A DNA stretch of 64,000 nucleotides from Geosiphon pyriformis uo1 (lineage: Eukaryota > Fungi > Glomeromycota): assembly GCA_016748015.1 (NCBI GenBank), contig JAAOMT010000309.1:124001-188000 (forward strand), given 5' to 3'. The notes beneath the pieces were generated by a model. It saw nothing but the letters and a program-made list of their open reading frames with translations. It was not told the origin of the DNA and did not search any database. This document shows positions 53,714 to 64,000 of this stretch, one piece after another. Position numbers and translations under genes: made by a program. Numbering within the stretch: the stretch's first letter is position 1; every line of letters begins with the position of its first letter.

Positions 53714-54822
53714 TTTCATTCTTTTGTTAATTACTAGTCTGATTTGAGAGTCTTTAGCATGTTACAATTCTATTATCTTGAGGGAATGATAAGACTTTCT
53801 AACTTTTGCCAAAGCTGATCTAATAGCATCAAAATAAGATCTCAAAAGAAAAAAAGATTTGATAGCAGAAGCATTAACAGAGTTCAAAGATACCCAAACA
53901 TTTAACAAGAAGACAAACTCATTAGATGACACAGAACATAAAGCCTTCACCAACTTAGAAACCAAAAGTTTCAATTTATGATAGTAAAAAAAACACTTGG
54001 TAAAACCACCATCAAAATTTTTAGACCAGGTTTTCAAGAAAACTTCATTTACTGAGAAACAATTGGCTTTGTAAACAATACTCCACATGCCATCTAGATA
54101 AGACAAATGATGAGAATCAGTAAACTCATCAGAAAACATGATAAAATTATCATGAGATACAGTCCTATACTGCTTCTATTTAATTCTATCAGCATTTTTG
54201 ACATTAAATTTCTACTTGTTTTTATTGGCTTGAACACAAATAGCCCTTAAAACAGGATCCAAAATTTCACCAAGACCAATTGTAATTTGAACAGAACTAT
54301 GATCAGTGCTAAAAAACTCATCCACATCCACAACATGCTCATTTATTAAAGCATTACTCAAACTTTGTAAAACAAAAATGTAATTAATAGTTCTTTCAAC
54401 ACTCCTAAAATTCCTTCAAGTAGAAGTCTTAATGTAAAAACTATTAACCAATGCATTGACTAGACTTAGATTTATATACTTACTAAAGCTAGAGCTACGT
54501 TTGTTCCTATCCTTATTGAAATTACTACCTAAAATAACAAAATACTCTTATTACAGACTTTGGCTATAAAAGAATTGATGAGACCAGTCTGAATTATACA
54601 CTTATTCAAAGAAGCCTCCATATATAAATCCAACACAGAAACAAATTGTTTGTTTTTGAATAGCAAACAGACTATTAAAAGTCTACCAAGAATCTCAGAA
54701 ATTTTTGAAACATGTTTGGCTAAATTTTCATTCATGATTAAAGCAATGCCTACACCTAAAAACCCAGCATCCAGACCTAAAGTAAATATCTTCACACCAG
54801 GAAACTTATTTGCAATCCAAAA
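53714..54822 (-). mobile_element. Misplaced contig that bridges the gap in LINE copy A
   Basis: Ends match 27815-28236 and 29505-30077 (identical ORF translations) rather than copy B. Confidence 0.85.
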
Positions 54823-54842
54823 NNNNNNNNNNNNNNNNNNNN

Positions 54843-55341
54843 AATATGGCCATTGAACTAGCCCAACAAATTAAAGATAACCAAAGGATGTATTTGGGAT
54901 TTACACTTCCAGTTTTTGCTCTTGCTTCTGTTATGGCTCCTTCTCCACAAATGGCCGCTACCTCTTTTGCTGTCCAAACTCAAGACCCAAATGAACAGTT
55001 AATAGATATACTTATGGCAAATCTTGCTTGGCTATTAAAACCATTAGCCCAAGCAGTTAAAGACAACTAGCAACCACAAAGATCTAGATTTGAACCATGT
55101 TTTAATCAGCCTCAACAGTCTTCTTACCAAAAACAGCAAAATCATAGTCTATCTGTGTGTTACTGTTGTGAATTAACTGGATATTTCTCAAAAGATTGCA
55201 ACAATCCTCTTTTGCTTCCTCCAGCTCTCAGAAACAATAACAATCAAAACAACAGAATCATTAACAACAATGTTTCCAATCAAAGACCCAATTATTCCAA
55301 CATCAATTTCTTTGGAGAGAATTTTTTAGTCAAAACCACTG
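54843..55341 (+). mobile_element. Ty3/Gypsy gag fragment with CCHC knuckle
   Basis: AIELAQQI..; Gln/Pro/Asn-rich region; CYCCELTGYFSKDC is a decayed Cx2Cx4Hx4C. Confidence 0.75.
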
Positions 55342-55651
55342 TTTATTAATCTTTAAACTAGTAAGCATTGTTACCGGAGGTTTTTGGTCTCTTTTCTTAA
55401 ATGTTGTTGATGCTTGTTTGCTGTGAATTCACGTTTTCTGGATGTGGTTGAACCTCCAGTAACTGAATTTATCTTCAAATTATCTCCTATAATTTGAACT
55501 GCTGGGCTTATAAGTGGAATGGCCAATTCCGTGCCAGTTACTTTATGTAGTTACATTGTAGTAAACGTCAACTCTTTTCCAGGAATTGCTCGTCTGGAAG
55601 CTCACTAAAAAATGTGTAGTTACTTTGCTGTGAAAGTCAACTCTTCTACAG
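55340..55651. other. Unidentified younger insertion (LTR-like) interrupting gag
   Basis: Gag frame ends at TGTTTATT; the segment keeps several CpGs; 13-bp inverted repeat at 55370-55382 / 55451-55463. Confidence 0.4.
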
Positions 55652-56714
55652 NNNNNNNNNNNNNNNNNNNNAAAAAAAAAACAAAAAAAAACGAAAAACT
55701 TTTTTTTCAAAATTATGCTCTTTGGAAAATTTAAAACATAGGAAAAAAAAGTTTGAACTTAATATAAATTAAATTATATTTGTTAATACCAATATTAAAA
55801 ATAATAAAAAACTATTAATTTTAATTTTATAGAAAATTAACAAAAAAAATTAGTATTAAAAAAGATTTTGGCTTTTTACTAATAATAATATGTTTTTAGC
55901 AAAATTATGTTAAGTATTAATTATAAAAAATTATATAATATAATTAAAAATTTGCCAAATAACAAAATTATTAAATTGTTTAATTAAGACTGTTAAAAAA
56001 ATTTTTTATGATTTTGTTTAATTATTTTTTGGCTGTTTATAGCAAATTTAATATTTTTTAAGTAAAAAAATTTTTGGTTTTAAAAAATATTTTAACTTAA
56101 TTTTTGATTTTTNNNNNNNNNNNNNNNNNNNNAAAAAAACTAAGAAAAAAGCCACAATTCAAACCAGAAATTATTTTTTTGGTCTTAAAAATAGTAATAG
56201 TTAAATCCAAAAAATGCTCTTATTAATACCAGTTATGAAATTATTGTTTTTATTATTATTAGACTTATTATTTATCTGAATAAACACTACTATTAGAACT
56301 AGATCTAATCAAGAAAATATTTTTCTCATTACTAAAGTATTTAACATATTAAAAATAATTTTTTTTTTTTGAGAAAAATAGCTTTTAATAAGATCATAAA
56401 AAGCTTTTTTGGTGATTTTTTTTAGACATACTATTATTTAAAACCGTTTCCAAGTTCACAATAAAAGAGTTATTAGCTTAAAAAATATTAAAAAATATTA
56501 AAAAATATTAAAAAAAAAAAAAAACTTTTTTTTCAAAATTATGCTTTTTGAAAAATTTAAAACATAGAAAAAAAAAGTTTAAACTTAATATAAATTATAT
56601 TATATTTATTAATACCAATATTAAAAATAGTAAAAAACTATTAATTTTAATTTTATAGAAAATTAACAAAAAAAATTAGTATTAAATAAGATTTTGGCTT
56701 TTTACTAATAATAA

Positions 56715-56998
56715 TGTTATAGTTGAAACTTATACTTCTTATTAATTATTACATGTATTAATCACTGATGTCATATAAATTAGCCACTCTATTTTTAGAA
56801 AGTGATTATTGATCTGATTATTGACTTGATTATTAACTTAGTCATTGATCTGATCATTAACCACTTTTGATAGCTATATAAAGTAATGAATCTCTTAGCT
56901 ACAGAAAAGCATAAAGAAATTAAGAAAATAAAATAACACTTTTTATCTCAATCATTTTCTTATTGCTAATTTCTCTTTCTCTACCTTTAAGTATTCGA
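56715..56998 (+). repeat. Gypsy LTR 5' part (cut by gap), same family as 34643-35301
   Basis: Starts TGTTAT; five 12-bp units at 56801-56860; GCTATATAAA; empty-site paralogs at ~33313 and ~55888. Confidence 0.85.
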
Positions 56999-57175
56999 NN
57001 NNNNNNNNNNNNNNNNNNAATATTTATTTATTTATTAATAAATAATTTGTTTAAATTTAGTATAATTAAAATATAAATTTTTTGTTAATATAATAAGATA
57101 TATTAATTAAAAAATATTTAAAATTTAAAGTAAATTTATGAATAAATTTTTTTTTAAGTTATTTTTTATTTGTTA

Positions 57176-60100
57176 TAAGACAAATAGCAAAAAAAAACTT
57201 CTTTCTTTTGTTCATCTCAAATTCTCAAAAAAGAGCCTAAATATTTTTTGAAAGAAGTTTTTTCTATTTTTATCATTCAATATGCTAATTCCAAACTGTT
57301 TGTGCTTGACTACAAAGCCATCATTGGCCCTAGTATTGCAGTTCTAAACAAGTCAATTATGAAGCCTAGCTTTAACATTGGTGTTAAGTCTGCTGAGTCC
57401 AGAAAAAAGAGAAAAGATGGTGTTTTGAAGGATAATATTGGTAATAGAAAATTTGCTACTGCTAAGGTGTTAAGTGGTCATTCTTAGAGTTCTGAAACCA
57501 GTAATACTACTAAGTCTAATAGTATGGATATGGAAAAAGAATGTTTAGTTGAGGAAACTAGCTTTGACCATGGAGATGTTAAAGCTCTTACTGGAGAGAA
57601 CTCAAAGCAAATATCTAAAAGTTCGAGAATTTATACCAAAAATGCACTTGGAAAGCCACTGAGAAAAATTAACTTCTTGGATAATAATATTGATGATATA
57701 TTTTTGGACAAATCTGTGGTTTTCTCTCTCCCTTTAAAGAACTTAGTCAATGTTTCTGTCAGGAAATCTTTCACTTTGGATATTAACTTAGATAATATTG
57801 TTGAGAAATTTGTTCAAGAAAAACTTGTGGTTGTCAGGAAATTGTTTTCAAAAATCAATAGTTTTGGAAAGGCCTCTACCCCCTCAAAATTTGCTGGAAT
57901 TATCAGAGCAATGTTTACTTCCGAATTAAGTCTGGTGCAGGCTTCTAAAAAGGCTGTAGAAGCAAAAATTTTGGTAAACTCCAATCTCAAAAAATCATCT
58001 GGGCATTCAGATCGGGCTGTGGTATTAAAAAAAATTCCTGTTGAAACATCAACTGAAGTTGTGTGCACTGCACTATCTGGTTTTGATATAGTGATGTCAA
58101 TTAAAATGCAGTTGGTGGATTTGTGACAAAAAGCTATAGTTGAATTTAGTAAGAGTGAACAGGTTAATTTAGTCGCTGCTTGTTGGTCTATCCTAATTGG
58201 GAAAGATGCTGTGCATGTAGCCAGGGCTGATTGAGACAAAGAATTGTAGAACATGAGAGATTAACATAGAGCTTTGCTCTATACTCTGCCAATGGGAACA
58301 ACTGCTCATAATATCTGGGACTATATTGGCTCTGTAAATGAAAAAACATGTACAATATATATTATCATTCTGTTATGTATGCTCAGGCCAAATGCACTGT
58401 TGTTTGTTTTGAATCAGCCAATTCTTTAAATGCTGTCATGAGAACTACTTCTGTTTTAAGGGGTGTGAATATGCATTGGTCTCCTTTGGGTTTTTCTAAA
58501 TGTGCTGAGTATGGGAGATTGGGTCATATATCTTTGGGCTGTACTGTAGGTGGGAATCTCTCCTCTGAGAAACCTTCTCACAGACCATTCTTAGACATAG
58601 ATAAAAGCAGGTTAGCAACTATCTATGCCAAGCATTTGGCTCTGATTGCTCATCCTGTTGCTTTTGGTGGGGTTTTTTGGGCAAAAATTGCTGGTGAAAA
58701 TGCTTTTCTCCCTCTTCCTATGTGAAAAGTGTCAATCAATTCTGGCTTCTTTTTGGAGATGAAACCTATTCTCCCTGATATGAGTGATGTTGAAAAAAGA
58801 TTTGCTGTTTTGGAAAGCAGTCTTGCCAGTCTCGTGGAACAAATTAGTGAGTTGGCTAAGAGGTTGAACTCATTTATGCTAGCAGTTTCCCAGCCTAGTC
58901 CTGGATATTAGCTGCCGGTAACTTTCCCATTACAGAATTGGGTGAGTGATATAGTGATAAAAGAGAGTTTGGGTGAGACCACAAGTGGTGAGACTACTGC
59001 GACTTTGGACTCTTTTGCTTCTCTTGAAGTAAAAAGATTAAAAAACATGTTGAAAAGACTTTCTGCTTCGGTTCTAAGTCTTATAGCAAGATTTAATGGT
59101 TCAATTTTGGCTGGCAGTGCACTTTTCAAAACTCTTTCTCAATGACCAGTTTAGTTTGGAAGATTGCCACATATAATGTTAGGGGTTTGAATAATTCTGC
59201 AAAACAGCATGATGTAATTCATTGGCATAAAGAGAGGAATAATTTGATTTTTATTGTTATTGAAACTAAGTTAAGGAGCAAGATCTACTCATAGATCATA
59301 AATAAATTTGATAGTGTCTGGGTTTTCACATCTGGTTTGTACTCTGGTCATTTGGGTTCTGATGTTGCAATTATTATGGACAATTCTTTGGCAAAACATG
59401 TATATAAGGTTTCCGAAGTTTTTGGTTGACTCCTTTCTCTCAAGTTACTCTTTAAAAATAATCTTTCTGTGTCAATTTTGGGACTCCATGCTGGTGCTTC
59501 ATTGGTGGTTCAGTTTTCTCAGGCTGGTGAAATCAACTCTCTTATTGCAAAGACAGTAAATGAGTTCTCTTTTGTTATTTTGGGTGGTGATTTCAATGAA
59601 AATGAGACCCAGAAGTGTGCTAGCTTCAAGAAGTGCTTTAATTTGGGTTTAGTTAATTCTCTAAGGGGAAGTTTGTTTGTCAAGATGCCTATGTAGACCA
59701 ATTCTTGTGGTGTCACTAAAGCTCTCAATTACATTCTTATTTCTTCATGTTTGGTCAATACTATAATAAATGGTAGTGTGGCCAATGTTGAGGACTATTT
59801 TGATACCAATTACAAAGCTGTTTATGCTTCTATGGGTTTGGGTGGTTTGTTTGATATCTATTTGGGTTTAATATACAAGCAAGTGAATAAAGATTGCTGG
59901 AAGTTTGATGTCAAAAGTGCAGATGAAGCAAAATAAAATAAATTTAAAGACACTACTGCAGCTAATGCTGCTATGTTCTTGGATGAGTTTGAGTCAGCCA
60001 GAAAGTTTTCTGATTTAGATACTATGTGGAATATTGTTTGCAAAGTAATAATCTTTTTAGCTAATAGTGCTTTCAAGAAGAAATGGTTTAAGAGTTATAA

Positions 60101-63100
60101 TGGGGTGTTTATTAAAAAGTTTTCCAAGTTATATAACTTGAAGATTTTGGTTTCAAAAATTGTCAAGGCTTCTCACAAAGTGGACTTTGGCAGATTTGAG
60201 TCTCTGTTAAAATGCTGGATTTCTATTAATAGTGACAAAGCTTCTGTTGTTTGGAATCTTATGAGTTCTGATGCAAGTTTGGATTGTGTCTGTTCTGTTC
60301 TTTGTGGTGTAAGGAGATTTTATCATGTTTCTAAGCTTGCTAAGTCTTTGCAAGCTAAGGAGTTGGGCATTAAATCAGCTATTAAAAAAAGAATGGAGAG
60401 TTTTATGGTCAACAAAGACCACACAATTCATAGTGTTTTGGAATGTTCATTCCATAAAATGGTATTGGATCATTTGATTTCTGATAGTGGTTTGATTTTG
60501 GACCCAATAGAAGTTAAGAATAAGGTGAATGGTATCATGGAGGGCTGAATGAAGAAGAAGGCTGTGCTAAAAAGTATTCCTGATTTGTGGCAGTGTTAAT
60601 ACCTGTTATTGAATTATGTCAACAATGATGCTTTTTCTGGTGTGATGGATGCTATCAGTTTGGATGACTTGACATGTGTAATTAAGAATTTACCAGATGG
60701 TAAAGCTGCTGACTTGTTTGGTATTTCAAATAAACTTTGAAAACATTGTGATAATTCTGTGCTAGGCTTGCTTCTGGATTTTCTGAACATTTGTTTGGTG
60801 TATGAGTCAGTTTCTCACTGTTAAAAGGAAGCTTGGGTGTCAATAATTCCCAAGCCTTATGAGTGGGAGGATATCTTAACAAATATTAGACCAATTGTTT
60901 TAATTGAGACTGCTTGTAAGATTCTTTTTAAGTTGTTGTCTGACAGGATTTTGTTAGCATGTGGTCTATTCAATGTACTTTGTGGGAACAATTTTCTGTG
61001 CTTAAGGACACTACTACTCAGTCTCTTATTTTTGTCATTGGTTTGGTTGTAGAAAATGCTTTGGAGAAAGATTGTGAACTTTGGCTTGTGCTGTAAGATA
61101 TGTGTAAAGCCTATAACTCTGTGGGTTGGCATTACTTGTATAATAGTTTAGTTTGGATCAAAATGTGTGAGCATTTTATTAGGTTTTTTGGCTCTATTCA
61201 CAATGACTGTGTTAATTGGGTTATGACTGATTTCGGTCTTACTAATGAGTATTGAGTGCATAATGATCTTGATTAGGGTGAGGTCTTCTTTCTTTTGCTG
61301 TGGAGGATCTTTTACGACCCCCTTCTATGTGAGATTAAGAGACAAAAAAGTTTGTGTGAATACAGTATTGATACTAAGTTTGTAGTTAGGACAGGTAGGA
61401 TAGAACACCAAGGCAGTTTGACTTTGTTTCTGGCTGCTGGTGCATTTGTAAATGATACTATTTGGGTGAGTAGCAGTCAGGTTGTCACTCAGTATATCTT
61501 GGATACAGCAAGTGAATTTTTCAGAGTGAACAACATTTCTGTTAATAATAAAAAAACTGTAGCCATTCCAATCAATCAGAGAGTTAGTAATATATTATTG
61601 TCAATTAGTGGTCTGCCAATTTCAATTGCTTGCAGAAAGAAGTCTCATCAGTACTTTGGCATTTATTTGTCATCTAAGGGTTTGTCCAAACAAAGTTTGG
61701 CTAAGATGCATCCAAACATCAAGTTTTTTGTCAATTTGGTTCTTAAAAAAGCTATTTCAGACAAACAGTTTCTTTATCTAGTGTTGGCTGTATTACAACC
61801 TATTGTTAGTTATAGGACTCAGTTCTGCTTCATTTCTAGGAATGTGTGTATGAAGTGGGATATGTTAATTAGGAGAGAGTTGAGACTTAAGGCTGGTCTT
61901 CTAAGAGACTTTTCCAATGAGGCTTTTCACTATTCTTCTTTGTATGGCTTGAAATCTTTTAAGCAGTTGCAAACTAAGTGTAAAGTGGCTTTTGTGTTGT
62001 GTTTCTTAAATGCTAGTAGTGTTCTTGGTCGTTTGTTCAATCATAGGTCTCTGGATCTTCAGATTCTGGGTTGGTTACCTATTCACCCTTTATGTTGTCT
62101 GATTAGATTGCATATCAGTCTGGTCAATAATTTTTTGGCAGATATTATTAGAATTTTTTTGAACTATGACATGTCCCTTGACAATCTCTCTGTTTCTGCA
62201 TTCGGCTTTCTTGGTAGGACATTGATATTTACTTTTATAATGTTTCTTCTTCTCTCAAAAAGTTTGGAATTGCTTTTGCCGAGCAGTTATATATTAAAAA
62301 AGATTTGATTTTTGATTGGAAAACCTTCTATCATTGGAAGAAACTTGATCCAAGGGGCCCTGTCTCTCGTTGGTTCATTTTGGTTTGTGACTTTTTGGTT
62401 TGATCTTCTCTTTCTGATAATTTGCATGTTAAAGGTTTGTGGGCTATGAATGTTTGCAGCTCAAGTACAGTTTCCAGATTGGGCCAGTATTTTTCTTCTG
62501 CAAATATGAAAGTTGTTAATGTTTATACTGATGGATTGTTAAGGGATTTGGGTTTATGTGAAATGAAGTGTGATGCTGCTGCTTACTTCTTAGATTTGGA
62601 TTTGGGTATTGGTGTTAAGGTTGGTGGATTGGTGTTTTTGACTATGGTAGAACTGCAGACAATTGCTTTGGCTTTGGAGTGTGTTCTCTCTGACAGTTTA
62701 GTAGTGGTTTATTCAGACAATCAGACTGCCTTAGATGCATATGTGGCTGAATCTGCTCTGGTGTCTCTGGATTTCTGCAACTACTGCTAGATGGAGTGAC
62801 ATAGTATTGTCAATTTAATTAGAGGAAAGCAGCTTGATGTTTCTTGACATAAGATAAAAAAACATTTGGGTGTTATAGGTAATAAGCGTGCTGATGAGTT
62901 AGCCAGGTCTGGCAATGAACTCTTCTTTGGCACTTCCTGTTTTGGTTAAGAAGAAATTTATCAAGGCTGGCAGAGTGGCAGTGTCTAAGAACATTCATCA
63001 TTTTGCCCATGAGATTTTCAGGTCTATTAATTATGCTTGTTGGGAAATTGGTTCTGGTTTCAATGTTATTGATGATAGTTTATGTGATAATGTGAACTGG

Positions 63101-63927
63101 TTTCATACTGCTTTGGTATAGTACCCTGACTCCCATATGGCAACTGGCTTTACTAGTAAATCTATGGCTGGTTTGTGCTCTTATTTTTTAAAGACCTTCC
63201 ACTGCCATCTCCTGATTGCTGTACGGAAGCATTTGTATAGTAAGATCTACCTGAGTGTTTCGTGTTTGCACTGTGGTAAAGTGGAAAGTTCTGACCACTC
63301 CTTTGTTTGTATATTTGACTCTAATGCTCATAAAAGCATTCTCAAGTCTTATTTGGCCAAGTAGCATTGTGTTTTTGAACTGGGCTTACAATTATCTCAT
63401 GTCTTATAAATGCTCTCTCTGTGTATAATTGATGATGTGTTGTATACTACTGTAAGCAAAGGCTTTGTGTTCAGAGATTGGGTTCAAGAAGTTTTGTCTA
63501 TTCTGGGTGATGCCAAGGTTGCAGGAAAATTTATTGTTAATTTTGTTTGAGAATTGGGTGCTGCTCACTACATGGATATTTGGTTGGTTAGGGCTTTGAT
63601 AAAAAAAGACAGTTTGATTCTACTTAATAATTCTGTGTATTCTGTGCCTTATAATTTGTCATGTATGTTTTCTGCTGAAGTGATTAGGTTGCTTGGGATT
63701 GCTGAGGCAGTTGGTGTCTGCTTTGGTTTTCATAAACATTGCTGTTTTTTTTCTGGTATAGATGATATGGTTTCTGTTCTGATAGATTCATAGTGTTGCT
63801 CTGATTGGTTTGAGTGGTTGGTCATATGTAGAAAGTATATAATTAGCACTTAGTTTAGATCACTTAGTTTAATATATTGCACTAAGTGACTTTTGGGCTT
63901 TACTTGTTAAAAGTTAATAAAAAAAAA
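57176..63927 (+). mobile_element. Full-length LINE, copy C (~6.75 kb), with target-site duplication
   Basis: ATTTGTTA at 57168-57175 and 63928-63935, single at the empty site 34114-34121; ORF1 ~57250-59145 (knuckle KCAEYGRLGHISLGC); ORF2 59142-63793; 3' UTR and A tail. Confidence 0.95.
59142..63793 (+). pseudogene. LINE ORF2 (APE-RT-RNase H-CCHC), many stops and a few frameshifts
   Basis: MTSLVWKIATYNVRGLN, ILGGDFNE, RPIVLIET, AFVND, VYTDG, YSDNQ, CLHCGKVESSDHSFVC. Confidence 0.93.
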
Positions 63928-64000
63928 ATTTGTTACTTTATAATTTTAAATTTTTCAACCAAAATTAAGCAAAAAAAAGTAATATTAATAGTAATTTTTA

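Noticed and set aside
53714-54822. Third independent copy of the young minus-strand LINE
   Set aside because: Its ends match both sides of the gap in copy A; best explained as a misplaced contig.
56479-56520. AAAAAATATT short tandem repeat (3 units here, 2 at ~33076)
   Set aside because: Ordinary slippage at a junction between decayed elements.

Overview
Eukaryotic, very AT-rich, gene-poor window from a draft scaffold with 18 gaps of 20 N. It is almost entirely nested, decaying transposable elements; I see no intact host gene, RNA gene or CRISPR array. The element and gene families look like those of Glomeromycotina fungi, Geosiphon-like (my recollection of the families, not a search). Contents: (1) several subfamilies of a ~6.7 kb LINE (ORF1 with RRM-like region and CCHC knuckle; ORF2 with APE, RT [FVDD], RNase H and a C-terminal CCHC), from nearly intact (1-4623, 57176-63927) to almost pure A/T; (2) an ORF1-only element ending directly in the same 3' tail as the LINEs (4624-8215), a candidate HAL1-like non-autonomous retroelement and the most novel-looking item; (3) two Tc1 (DD34E) remnants, one with TIRs and a TA target duplication; (4) Ty3/Gypsy fragments with an extra ORF before the 3' LTR and a Cys/His-rich insert between protease and RT; (5) two copies of an intron-containing pseudogene. 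A >=13 kb LINE-in-LINE block is duplicated, with parts in at least 3 versions that differ mostly by C>T/G>A changes and microhomology-flanked deletions, suggesting a RIP-like or methylation-driven mutational process. Artefacts include a perfect Nextera/Tn5 mosaic end at 12947-12965 and duplicated or misplaced contigs next to gaps.
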